Positions 22,789 to 31,944 of a stretch of DNA of 64,000 bases are shown piece by piece. The DNA comes from Planctomycetota bacterium. Its GTDB lineage: Bacteria; Planctomycetota; UBA1135; UBA2386. The position numbers and the translations under genes were made by a program. The stretch is taken from the NCBI GenBank assembly GCA_046290465.1, contig JBKAGP010000001.1, positions 1,120,001 through 1,184,000 of the forward strand, in the 5' to 3' direction. Below the pieces are notes generated by a model. That model did no database searches. It worked only from the letters and a program-made list of their open reading frames with translations, and had not been told where the DNA came from. Every line of letters begins with the position of its first letter. Within the stretch, counting starts at the first letter, position 1.

Positions 22789-23781
22789 GTGACCGGAGCC
22801 CTTCGAAACGTGACCCCGACTTCCCTCGACGAACACCAGAAGGCGGCCCGCGAGCTGCTGCACTCGCTGCAGCTCGAGGAGGTCGAGCAGCCGCGACCGT
22901 TCGAGTCGGGCCACCGCTCGAGCCTGCCGCTGCTCGGCCGCAACGGCGCCGGCCGCACGTTCCTGCTCAAGTACTACCTGCCGGTCGACCCCGACACGAT
23001 CCTGCCCGCGCTGGTCCGCGCCGACGACTACGCGCGCCGCGAGACCGGCTTCTACCGGCTGCTCGACAGCGTCGACGCCGAACGTCGCGAGTTCCCGGCA
23101 CCGCGCACGATCGCGATGGGACCGGGCGAACCGGCGCCGTGGCTGCTGCTCGAGTGGCTGCCGTCGGCCGTCGGCCCGGCCGAGGAGGTCATCGGCCAGG
23201 AGCACGTGCTCGAACTGCTGCAGAAGGTCTCGGCGCTGCCGACCGAGCGCCTGATGGGCCGCCGCGGCTTCCCGCTCGAGCACTGGGATCCGATCGGCTA
23301 CCTCGACCGCATCCGCCACATGTACGACGCCGTGCTGTTCGTGCTCGGCGAGGACCGCTGGCGGCAGCTGCAGCGCTTCTTCGGCGAAGCCGTGCGCTGG
23401 ACCGACGGTCGGCCGCACGTGATGGTGCACGGCGACTTCCAGGAGAACAACATCGTCGTGACCGACGAGGACCGCGCGTTCCTGGTCGACTTCGAGTGCG
23501 TCGGCATCGGCAACCGCGACCACGACTTCGCGTGGTATTGGCTGCACAGCGAGCGCCACCCCGAGTGGAAGCGCAACCTGCTGCTGCGCTGGCTCGGTGG
23601 CGCCGTCGGCGGCGATCGCATCCGCGCCGAATGGGGCATCCGCAGCGCGATCGCCTACCTCGCGATCCGGCGGCTGCGTTGGGGCTACCTGACCCACGGC
23701 GACGAGGATCCGCGCGCCAGCGCCAACCTGGCCCTGCTGGACGCGGCGCTCGAAGGCGGCGGGTCGCTGTTCCCGGCCTGG
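22789..23781 (+). CDS. APH/choline-kinase-like phosphotransferase; no stop in this sequence, frame continues to 24609
   Basis: FLLKYY, RRETGFY, LLLEWL, HGDFQENNI, LVDFE; likely natural end at FPA followed by TGG 23779-23781. Confidence 0.75.
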
Positions 23782-23958
23782 CTACGCCCAGCGATCCGGC
23801 GGCTGCCCCGCCACATTCCACGGAAATTCCAGCGCCTATGCGCGGCGGCAGCAGGTGCCACGAATCGTAGGCACCAGGGGTTGAGGAACCGCCGACCGAA
23901 ATCCGTAACCACCTCCCAACAAGCGTCTTACGTCTTTCCTGGCCAGACGGGAGCGGGT

Positions 23959-23973
23959 TGGCACGCCAGTTGT
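23959..23973 (+). promoter_or_regulatory. Candidate sigma54 -24/-12 promoter TGGCACGCCAGTTGT
   Basis: Matches TGGCACG-N4-TTGC except the last base; 12 nt before ATG 23986. Confidence 0.5.
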
Positions 23974-23985
23974 CATGCCTCCGTC

Positions 23986-24609
23986 ATGACCGCCCGCATC
24001 CCGCAAGAGACGTTCACGGACGAGGACCTCGTCCAGCAGCTCCAGGCAGGTGAGACCGAGCTCGCGATGACCGAGCTCGAGCGGCGCTACGGCAAGCGCA
24101 TCCACCACTTCGTGCAGGGCATGGTGCGCGACCCGCACCTGGCGAGCGACGTCACGCAGGAGGTCTTCGAGAAGGTCCTGCTGAAGAACGACCTCTACCG
24201 GCCGGGCACCAACTTCCGCGCGTGGCTGTTCGAGGTCGCCCGCAACCAGGCGCTGACGATGCTGCGCAGCCGCAACCGCCTGCCACGCCCGGTCAGCACC
24301 CTGCAGACCGCCAGCGGCGAAGAGGGCGACTTCCTCGACAACGTGCCGGCCCGCAGCGAGAGCCAGGACCTGGTCGAGGAGGAGTTCATGACCGCGTTCC
24401 AGCAGGCGGTCGACGACCTGCCCGAGCACTACCGGATCGTGTTCGACCTGTGCGTACGCAAGGGCCGCGCCTACCAGGACGCCGGCAAGGAGCTCGGCCT
24501 GCCGACCGGCACGGTCGCGATCCGGATCATGCGCGCGCGCAAGAAGCTGTTCACCGCGCTGCAGCACCACCTCGGCCGCCTGCGCCGTCCGCCGGCCTGC
24601 TTCCAGTAG
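23986..24609 (+). CDS. ECF sigma-70 factor
   Basis: DEDLV, ASDVTQEVF, FRAWLFEVARN, LPEHYRIVF, GTVAIRIMRARKKL. Confidence 0.9.
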   Translation: MTARIPQETFTDEDLVQQLQAGETELAMTELERRYGKRIHHFVQGMVRDPHLASDVTQEVFEKVLLKNDLYRPGTNFRAWLFEVARNQALTMLRSRNRLPRPVSTLQTASGEEGDFLDNVPARSESQDLVEEEFMTAFQQAVDDLPEHYRIVFDLCVRKGRAYQDAGKELGLPTGTVAIRIMRARKKLFTALQHHLGRLRRPPACFQ

Positions 24610-24621
24610 CGGCGACCGCGG

Positions 24622-25344
24622 CTACACTGCGATGCCGAGCTCCCCGAACGCCTCGTCGGCGAGCCGTTCCCAGCCCTGGTTGGCGGCCGGGGACGCCGGG
24701 CTCGGATGCGGAATGCGGCCGACGCGGAACCGCCCCTGCTCGACCTCGCCGGCGAACACCTTGCGGATGCGCGTCTCGGCGAATGCGCCGACGCCGACCA
24801 CCCACTCGGGCTCGAGCGCCGCGACGACCTGCTTCAGCACGCGGTCGCAGACCTCGAACAGCGGCCGGGTCTCGACCTTCTTGAGCTTGTCGGGCGTCAG
24901 GTTGGCGCCGGTCTCGCCGAGGAACGCCAGCGGGCAGTAGTTGTAGACGAAGAACCTGCGGAAGAACCGCTGCGGCGTGACGAAGCGCTGCGCCGCCCAG
25001 CCCCACAGCCGGCGACCCGACACTTCGCTGCGCGTCGACTGCAGGCCGAGGATCGGCCGCTTCTCGTGTTCGACCCGCGGACGTTCGACCTCGCCGCGCA
25101 GCCCCATCCACGAGCGCACCGCCTCGACCTCCCCGAACGGCACGCCGGTCTGCACCATCCCGAACGGGCCCGGGTTCATGCCGAGCAGCACGACCTGCTT
25201 GCGGCCGCGCCCGAACCGTTCGAGATACTGCCGGTGCAGCTGCCAGGCGTAGACCAGCGGGTTGTAGACGCACGCCACCGGCCCCGTGAACGTCAGCCGG
25301 TCCAGCTCCGGATTGGCGCGCGAGACGATGCGACTGAGGCTCAT
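24622..25344 (-). CDS. SMUG1-type (family 3) uracil-DNA glycosylase
   Basis: VYNPLVYA, GMNPGPFGMVQTGVPFG, SEVSGRR, NYCPL, HPSPASP. Confidence 0.93.
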   Translation of the reverse strand: MSLSRIVSRANPELDRLTFTGPVACVYNPLVYAWQLHRQYLERFGRGRKQVVLLGMNPGPFGMVQTGVPFGEVEAVRSWMGLRGEVERPRVEHEKRPILGLQSTRSEVSGRRLWGWAAQRFVTPQRFFRRFFVYNYCPLAFLGETGANLTPDKLKKVETRPLFEVCDRVLKQVVAALEPEWVVGVGAFAETRIRKVFAGEVEQGRFRVGRIPHPSPASPAANQGWERLADEAFGELGIAV

Positions 25345-25391
25345 GCACCCACCATATCGGCGAGGCATGCGCGCCCGCAAATCCGCAGCGG

Positions 25392-25790
25392 CTACCGGTC
25401 GCGGAAGCCGAGCGCGACCAGCAGGCACGGACCACCAGCGAGCACCTCGAGGCCGTGTTCGCGGGCGTGGTCGACGGCGTCGGGGTCCTCGGCACCCGGC
25501 TGGAACCAGAGCTGGCGCACGCCGCTCGCGATGGCGTCGTCGACGATCGAGCGGGCCAGCGCCGGCGGGGTGACGACGCTGACCGCGCGCGGCTCGCCCG
25601 GCACCTCGCGCAACGACGGGTAGCAGGGCTGCCCCTCGACCTCGTCGGCGCGCGGATGCACGCCGACGACCGGCAGGCCGTGCTGCGCGTAGCAGCGCAG
25701 CACCTTGTTGCCGAACTTGGCGCGGTCGCCGCTGGCGCCGACGACGGCGAACCTGCCGACGGCCAGGAAGCGATCGATCTGGTCCTGCAT
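25392..25790 (-). CDS. CoA-binding domain protein
   Basis: AVVGAS, KFGNKV, YPSL, WFQPGAE, GPCLLV. Confidence 0.9.
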   Translation of the reverse strand: MQDQIDRFLAVGRFAVVGASGDRAKFGNKVLRCYAQHGLPVVGVHPRADEVEGQPCYPSLREVPGEPRAVSVVTPPALARSIVDDAIASGVRQLWFQPGAEDPDAVDHAREHGLEVLAGGPCLLVALGFRDR

Positions 25791-25804
25791 CGCCGCCACC
25801 TCGA

Positions 25805-27490
25805 CTACCAGCCCTGCTGGCGGCCGAGGGTCTTCGGGCGCTCGTCGGCGTTGGCGACGTGCCAGCCGGTCCAGAACGCCAGCCGCGCGATGCGCTGCAT
25901 CTTGTCGGCGTCGAGCTTGTCGGCGTGGTCGGTGACCTGGTGGTAGTCCTCGTGCTCGCCGTTGCAGAAGAACACCACCGGGATGCCCTTCTTGGCGAAG
26001 TTGTAGTGGTCGCTGCGGCGGTAGTACTTGTCGCCGCTCGAGAACGTCACGTCCATCGTCTTGGCGAACGCCGCCGAGTCGCGCACGATCGTCGAGAACT
26101 TGCCGTGCTTGTAGCTCGGCGTGACCGTGACCTCCATCGCGCCCGACTCCGGACCGCTGCGGCCGATCATGTCGGTGTTGATGTTGGCGACCAGCTGGTC
26201 GAGCGGCCAGGTCGGGTTGTCGCTGTAGAACTGCGAGCCCCACAGGCCGAGCTCCTCGCCCGACACCGACAGGAACACGATGCTGCGGCGCGGCCGCTGC
26301 TCGGCCTTGGCATACGCGGTCGCGATCGCCAGCAGACCGGCCGAGCCCGACGCGTTGTCGTCGGCGCCGTTGAAGACGTCGCCGTCCATGCGCTTGCCGA
26401 CGTGGTCCATGTGCGCCGAGTAGACGATCGCCTCGTCGCGCAGCGCCGGGTCGCTGCCGCGCAGCACCGCGCAGACGTTGCTGGCCCGCGCCTCGCCGTC
26501 GTGCTTGACCTGCAGCGTGAGCTTGCAGGCGACCTCGTCCTTGCCCTCCGGCCGCTCGTCGCCGCCCTCGACGAACGCCCCGAACGCCTCGAAGTCGACG
26601 TCGAGTTCGGCGAGCACCGCCTTGCTGGCGCCCGGCGACAGCACCAGCGTCGGCACGCCGCCGCTGCGGGCCAGCCGCCCCATCATCGCCATGCCGTTGT
26701 CGGCGCCGGGGAAGTTGGGCGTGACCATCGCCTTGCCCGGCGACAGCGCGACGTAGTTGAGCACGTCGCACAGCCCGACCTTGTCCTCGTACTGCACGAA
26801 CACGACCGCGTCGGCGCCGGCCTTCGCGAGGTTGCGCGCGGTCGCGCCGATCTTCTGCAGCAGGCCGAACGACATGCCGAACTTCTGCTCGACACCGAGG
26901 CCCGCCGGCACGTTGCCGCGCGGCGGCTTGATCGCGACGACCGCGACCTTGCCGCCGAGGTCGGCGTTCTCGGGCACGTCGCGCGAGGCGCCGCGGGTGC
27001 GACCGAAGCCGAGCCACGCGGCCTTGCCCTCGAGCGCGACCTTCGTCTCACTGGCGCCGAGGATCGCGTAGCCCTCGGCGAGGTTGGTGGCGCCGACCTG
27101 CACCGAGGAATCGTCGGTCACGAACGTGCGCTCGATGCCGTAGTGCTGGAACCACGAGCGTTCGCCGTCCGAAGCTCCGTCGGGGTCGACCAGATCGCCC
27201 ATCGGCGTCAGCCCGAGCTTCTCGAAGTGCTGCGCGATGTACTTGGCGGCCGCGTGCTGGCCCGGCGAGCCGGTCAGGCGCCCTTCGAGCTCGTCGGACG
27301 CCAGGAACGTCGCATGCGCGAGCAGCTGGCGGGCCTGGATCTGCTCGATCGCCGCTGGCGGCCGGGTCTGGGTCGCGGGCGCGGCAGAGTCCTGCGCCAC
27401 CAGCCCGGTCCCGACGAGGAACGTCGACGTCAGCAGTGCAGAGGAGAGGAGAACGGTCGGCTTCCACGAAGCGGTCGGCAGTCGGAGCAT
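25805..27490 (-). CDS. Secreted M28 family peptidase with PA-like insert
   Basis: Signal peptide, LASDELEGR, SAHMDHVG, NGADDNASG, GEELGLWGS, NTDMIGR, RSDH, DYHQVTD. Confidence 0.92.
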   Translation of the reverse strand: MLRLPTASWKPTVLLSSALLTSTFLVGTGLVAQDSAAPATQTRPPAAIEQIQARQLLAHATFLASDELEGRLTGSPGQHAAAKYIAQHFEKLGLTPMGDLVDPDGASDGERSWFQHYGIERTFVTDDSSVQVGATNLAEGYAILGASETKVALEGKAAWLGFGRTRGASRDVPENADLGGKVAVVAIKPPRGNVPAGLGVEQKFGMSFGLLQKIGATARNLAKAGADAVVFVQYEDKVGLCDVLNYVALSPGKAMVTPNFPGADNGMAMMGRLARSGGVPTLVLSPGASKAVLAELDVDFEAFGAFVEGGDERPEGKDEVACKLTLQVKHDGEARASNVCAVLRGSDPALRDEAIVYSAHMDHVGKRMDGDVFNGADDNASGSAGLLAIATAYAKAEQRPRRSIVFLSVSGEELGLWGSQFYSDNPTWPLDQLVANINTDMIGRSGPESGAMEVTVTPSYKHGKFSTIVRDSAAFAKTMDVTFSSGDKYYRRSDHYNFAKKGIPVVFFCNGEHEDYHQVTDHADKLDADKMQRIARLAFWTGWHVANADERPKTLGRQQGW

Positions 27491-27605
27491 GCGGAGGAGT
27501 CTGGTTGGTATCGGGGCGGTCGCCGGTCAGAATGCGACGACAAACGAGCGGAGTGGCCGGAGCCTCCCGGCAACTGTCGCCCGTCCTCGCCCGGAACCCG
27601 GAATC

Positions 27606-29324
27606 ATGCCGAGACCCCCACTCGATCGCCGCTCGTTCCTGCTCGCGGCCGGGGCCGCGCCGCTGGCCGCCCCGCTGGTAGCTCCGCTGGTAGCTCCGTC
27701 GGCCCCGCACCCGGGCGATCCCGAGGACATGGCGGCGTTCGGCCGCCTCGTCGGGCTGACGTTCGACGACGACGAGACCGCCCAGGCCGACGACCAGCTC
27801 GATCGCTACCGCCGCGACTACGCGGCGCTGCGACGCAGCGAGATCTCGTTCGAGATGTCGCCGAGCACCGCGTTCGACCCGTTCCCGCCCGGCGTCGCGG
27901 CCGGCATCCCGACCGGTCGCACCCCGATCGAGATCCCGACCGACGTGGCGATGCCGGCGAGCGACGCCGACCTCGCGTTCGCCACCGTGCTCGAGCTGGC
28001 CAGCCTGCTGCGCCAGGGCAAGGTCACGTCGCGGCGCCTGACCGAACTGGCGCTGGCGCGGCTGCGGCGGTTCGACCCGGACCTCGTCTGCGTCGTCAAC
28101 CTGCTCGAGCAACAGGCGCTCGCCGACGCCGACCGTCGCGACCGGGAACTGGCCGAAGGCGTCGACCGCGGCCCCTTGCACGGCATCCCGTACGGCGCCA
28201 AGGACCTGTTCGCGTGGCCGGGCGCGCCGACCACGTTCGGCGCCGCGCCCTTCGAGCAGCAGCAGTGGAACGTGCAGGCCACCCCGCTGCGACGCCTGCA
28301 CGAGGCCGGCGCCGTGCTGTGCGCCAAGCTGTCGCTGGGTGCGCTGGCGATGGGCGACCTGTGGCACAAGGGCCGCACCCGCAACCCGTACAACCCCGAA
28401 CAGGGCAGCTCCGGCTCGTCCGCCGGCAGCGCCAGCGCCGTCGCCGCGGGCCTGCTGCCGTTCGCGCTCGGCACCGAGACGCTCGGCTCGATCGTGTCGC
28501 CGTGCCGACGCTGCGGCGTCGGCGGCCTGCGTCCGACGTTCGGCGCGGTCAGCCGCTTCGGCGCGATGCCGCTGTCGTGGACGATGGACAAGGTCGGCCC
28601 GATCGCGCGCAGCGCGACCTGCGCCGGCATCGTGTTCGACGCCATCCGCGGCGCCGACGACAAGGACCCGGCTGCCCGCGACACCGCCTTCGACTGGCGA
28701 CGCGGCCAGAGCTCCGCCGGCCAGAGCCCCGACGGCCAGAGCCTCGCCGGCCTGCGTGTCGGCGTGCTGCAGGTGCGCGGCTGGCCCCGCAGCGACGACG
28801 ACCGCGCGTTCCTGCAGTGGCTCGAGGATCGCACCGGCGCCCCGCAGCAGATCACCCTGCCCGATGCCCCCTACGGAGCGATGCTGCTGATGCTGCACGC
28901 CGAGGCGGCCGCCGCGTTCGACGAACTGACCCGCAGCGGCGACGACGACCAGCTGCCCGGCCAGCGCGCCAACGACTGGCCGAACTCGTTCCGCAGCTCG
29001 CGCACGATCCCGGCCGTCGAGTACCTGCAGGCCAGCCGGCTGCGCCTGAAGCTGATGCAGGACCTGCACGCAGCGCTGCGCGGCATCGACGTGCTGGTAT
29101 CGCCGACGCACGGCGGCCCGACGCTGACCGCCACCAACCTCAGCGGCCACCCGACGCTGGTACTGCCGATCGGCCGCAGCAGCCGCGACCGCGACGGCGG
29201 CCGCCCGAACCTGATCGCCCTGACCGGCCAGCTCGACGGTGAGGGCCCGCTGCTGCAGGTCGCCGAGGCCTGGCAGCGCGACACCGACTGGCACCTGACC
29301 CGACCCGAGTTGAGCAACCGATGA
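27606..29324 (+). CDS. Amidase-signature family enzyme with Tat-like leader
   Basis: DRRSFLL, GPLHGIPYGAKD, GSSGSSAGSA, GTETLGSIVSP. Confidence 0.9.
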   Translation: MPRPPLDRRSFLLAAGAAPLAAPLVAPLVAPSAPHPGDPEDMAAFGRLVGLTFDDDETAQADDQLDRYRRDYAALRRSEISFEMSPSTAFDPFPPGVAAGIPTGRTPIEIPTDVAMPASDADLAFATVLELASLLRQGKVTSRRLTELALARLRRFDPDLVCVVNLLEQQALADADRRDRELAEGVDRGPLHGIPYGAKDLFAWPGAPTTFGAAPFEQQQWNVQATPLRRLHEAGAVLCAKLSLGALAMGDLWHKGRTRNPYNPEQGSSGSSAGSASAVAAGLLPFALGTETLGSIVSPCRRCGVGGLRPTFGAVSRFGAMPLSWTMDKVGPIARSATCAGIVFDAIRGADDKDPAARDTAFDWRRGQSSAGQSPDGQSLAGLRVGVLQVRGWPRSDDDRAFLQWLEDRTGAPQQITLPDAPYGAMLLMLHAEAAAAFDELTRSGDDDQLPGQRANDWPNSFRSSRTIPAVEYLQASRLRLKLMQDLHAALRGIDVLVSPTHGGPTLTATNLSGHPTLVLPIGRSSRDRDGGRPNLIALTGQLDGEGPLLQVAEAWQRDTDWHLTRPELSNR

Positions 29325-30283
29325 TCCTTCGTCCGTCCTCCTACCTTGGCGCGGCCCTCGCCGCCGTCTGCCTGCTGCTGTTCGTACGCTGCGCGACGCA
29401 GCCCGACCCGACCCCCGCGCGGCCCGAACTGGTCGAGGCCGAAGCCTCGTCCGACGACCACATCGTCGTCGCCGGCCACCGCGTCGGCATCGGCACGCGC
29501 GTCGTCACCTGGCTCGAACCGGGCGGCTACAGCGCCTACCGCGAAGGCAAGCACTTCGACCACAGCGAGGGCCTCGACGGCAAGAAGCGCTACGGCACGC
29601 GCCCCGGTGACCCGCAGACGCTGGCCGAGGTGCAGGACACGGTGCACCAGTTCGTCGTGCACTACGACGTCTGCGGCACGTCGCGGCAGTGCTTCAAGAT
29701 CCTGCAGGATCACCGCAACCTGTCGGTGCACTTCATGCTCGACGTCGACGGCACGATCTACCAGACGCTCGACGTCAAGGAGCGCGCCTGGCACGCGACG
29801 ATCTCCAACGACCGCGCGGTCGGCATCGAGATCGCCCACCCCGGCGCCTGGCTGAGCCCGCTCAACGCCGACATGCGCCGCTGGTACGCGCAGGACGATC
29901 GCGGCTGGTTCATGAAGTTCCCCAAGTGGATGAAGGAGACCGGCGTGCGCACCACGGACTTCGTGCCGCGGCCGGACCGGCCCGAGTTCGTCAGCGGCGT
30001 CGTGCAGGGCAACGAGTACCACCAGTTCGACTTCACCCCGCAGCAGTACGCCGCGCTCGGCAAGCTGATCGCCGGCCTCAACGAAGCGCTGCCGCGCATC
30101 CGCATCGCGGCGCCGCGCGACCGCGAGGGCAACGTCGTCAACCACGTACTGCCGCGCTCGGACCTGCTCGCGTTCGACGGCATCGTCGGCCACTACCACG
30201 TGCAGAAGAACAAGCAGGACCCCGGCCCCGCCTTCCAGTGGGACCGCGTGCTGCGCGACGCGCGGACGATCCGCGAGCGCTAG
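29321..30283 (+). CDS. N-acetylmuramoyl-L-alanine amidase (Amidase_2/AmpD-like), exported
   Basis: VVHYD, SVHFMLDVDGTIYQ, RAWHA, VGIEI, IVGHYHV, KQDPGPAF; ATGA overlap with the upstream gene. Confidence 0.9.
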   Translation: MILRPSSYLGAALAAVCLLLFVRCATQPDPTPARPELVEAEASSDDHIVVAGHRVGIGTRVVTWLEPGGYSAYREGKHFDHSEGLDGKKRYGTRPGDPQTLAEVQDTVHQFVVHYDVCGTSRQCFKILQDHRNLSVHFMLDVDGTIYQTLDVKERAWHATISNDRAVGIEIAHPGAWLSPLNADMRRWYAQDDRGWFMKFPKWMKETGVRTTDFVPRPDRPEFVSGVVQGNEYHQFDFTPQQYAALGKLIAGLNEALPRIRIAAPRDREGNVVNHVLPRSDLLAFDGIVGHYHVQKNKQDPGPAFQWDRVLRDARTIRER

Positions 30284-30365
30284 GAGCGCGTCCATGTCGT
30301 GGACGCGCTGCCAACCGGGATCGCGGAAGCGGCGTGTACGCGTGCGTACGGGGCTTTGCCTGCTA
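30280..30365. mobile_element. 86-bp dispersed hairpin element (MITE/REP-like), copy 2, inverted
   Basis: Reverse-complement match to 21130-21215; fills the whole gap between two convergent genes and includes both TAG stops. Confidence 0.7.
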
Positions 30366-31850
30366 ACGGCTGCGGCCGTTGGCGCGGATCGCCTCGAGTT
30401 CGGCGCGCATCGCCGCGACGACCTCCGGATGGTCCGCGGCGACGTCGCGCGCCTCGCCGAGGTCGGCTTCGAGGTCGTAGAGCTGGAAGGGCGTGCCGAA
30501 CGGCTTGCCCTTGGGGCGCTCGCGGCCGCCGGAGCCGTTGCCGGCGACGAGCTTCCAGCGGCCCTTGCGCAGCGCGAACATGCCGGCCACCGAGTGGTGC
30601 ACTACCGGTGCGCGCGGGCTCGCACTCGCGCCGGTGCACGCCAGATCGAGGAAGCTGAAGCTGTCCTCGGCGGCGTCGTCGCGCAGCGGCACGTCCAGCA
30701 GATCGGCGCAGGTCGCGAAGAAGTCGGTCAGGCAGACGGTGGCGTCGACGCGCGCGCCGGCGGGCACCTGGCCCGGCCAACGCACGAACAACGGCACGCG
30801 GTGGCCGGCCTCCCAGATGTCGGCCTTGGTGCCGCGCAGCGGGCCGTTGGCGCGGTGGTGCTCGGGCCGGTAGCCCTGCACCGCGACGTCGTCGACGTGG
30901 TCCTTCTTGCCGGGCTCGTCGAAGCGGTACATGAACGAGCCGTTGTCGGACGTGTAGACCAGCAGCGTATCGTCGGCGACGCCGGCCTCGTCGAGCGCGC
31001 GCAGCAGCCGGCCGACGGCGTCGTCGACCTGGGTGACGAAGTCGCCGTAGTCCCCGAGCCCGGTCCTGCCGCGGAACTCCGGATGCGGCAGCACCGGCTT
31101 GTGCGGCGCCGGCAGCGGCAGGTAGAGGAAGAACGGCTGCTCGGTCGCGGCCCGTTCGCGCACGACGCCGCAGGCGTGGTCGACCAGGTGGCCGAGCACC
31201 TCTTCCATCACCAGGTCCTGGGCGCGCGGTCCCTTGCGCAAGAACGCCGGGAACCGCTGGCCCGGCTGTTCGACGACGCGCGGATCGGTGACCCTGCCGT
31301 CCTCGACGTAGACGTACGGCGGGAAGTCGAGCGACGCCGGGATGATGTAGCTGTGGTCGAAGCCGTGCACGTTCGGCGGGTCGCCGACCGGCCGTTCGAA
31401 GCGGATGTCGCCGTCGGGTCCCTTCGGCCAGCTCAGGCCGAGGTGCCACTTGCCGACCACGCTGGTGTGGTAGCCGGCATCGTGCAGCAGCGACGCAACC
31501 GTCTGCCGGCCGGCCTCGAGGACCGGCTTGCCGTAGCCGTTGATGACGCCGCGCTGCAATCGGCCGCGCCAGCAGTAGCGGCCGGTCAGCACGCCGTAGC
31601 GCGTCGGCGTGCAGACCGACGACGGCGTGTGCGCGTCGACGAAGGTCGTGCCGGCCGCAGCGAGGCCGTCGAGGTTCGGCGTCGGGATCGCCGACGCGGC
31701 GTTGAGCGCGTGCACGTCGCCGTAGCCCATGTCGTCGGCCAGCACGAACACGATGTTCGGCCGGCTCGGGCGGTCCTGCGGCGCCTGGCCGTCGGAGACG
31801 GCGCAGGCGGCGAACAGCGCGAACGGAACGACCGGCAGCAGGCTCTGCAT
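30363..31850 (-). CDS. Formylglycine-dependent sulfatase, probable lipoprotein
   Basis: PNIVFVLADDMGYGD, CTPTRYGVLTG, GKWHLG, TSDNG; FAAC lipobox-like. Confidence 0.93.
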   Translation of the reverse strand: MQSLLPVVPFALFAACAVSDGQAPQDRPSRPNIVFVLADDMGYGDVHALNAASAIPTPNLDGLAAAGTTFVDAHTPSSVCTPTRYGVLTGRYCWRGRLQRGVINGYGKPVLEAGRQTVASLLHDAGYHTSVVGKWHLGLSWPKGPDGDIRFERPVGDPPNVHGFDHSYIIPASLDFPPYVYVEDGRVTDPRVVEQPGQRFPAFLRKGPRAQDLVMEEVLGHLVDHACGVVRERAATEQPFFLYLPLPAPHKPVLPHPEFRGRTGLGDYGDFVTQVDDAVGRLLRALDEAGVADDTLLVYTSDNGSFMYRFDEPGKKDHVDDVAVQGYRPEHHRANGPLRGTKADIWEAGHRVPLFVRWPGQVPAGARVDATVCLTDFFATCADLLDVPLRDDAAEDSFSFLDLACTGASASPRAPVVHHSVAGMFALRKGRWKLVAGNGSGGRERPKGKPFGTPFQLYDLEADLGEARDVAADHPEVVAAMRAELEAIRANGRSR

Positions 31851-31944
31851 GGCCGCAGATGATGCTCGCGACCGGCCGACGAACCAAGGGTGCGAACGGC
31901 TCGCCACCCATGGCCGGCCGGCCGCCGCCGGCCGCCGCTGCCGA

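Noticed and set aside
25859..29242. Long Arg/Ala/Pro-rich alternative-frame ORFs here and elsewhere (e.g. 6632-9616, 41428-44430, 48629-51694, 58588-62079)
   Set aside because: Expected from stop-codon scarcity at high GC; no motifs, and they overlap well-supported genes
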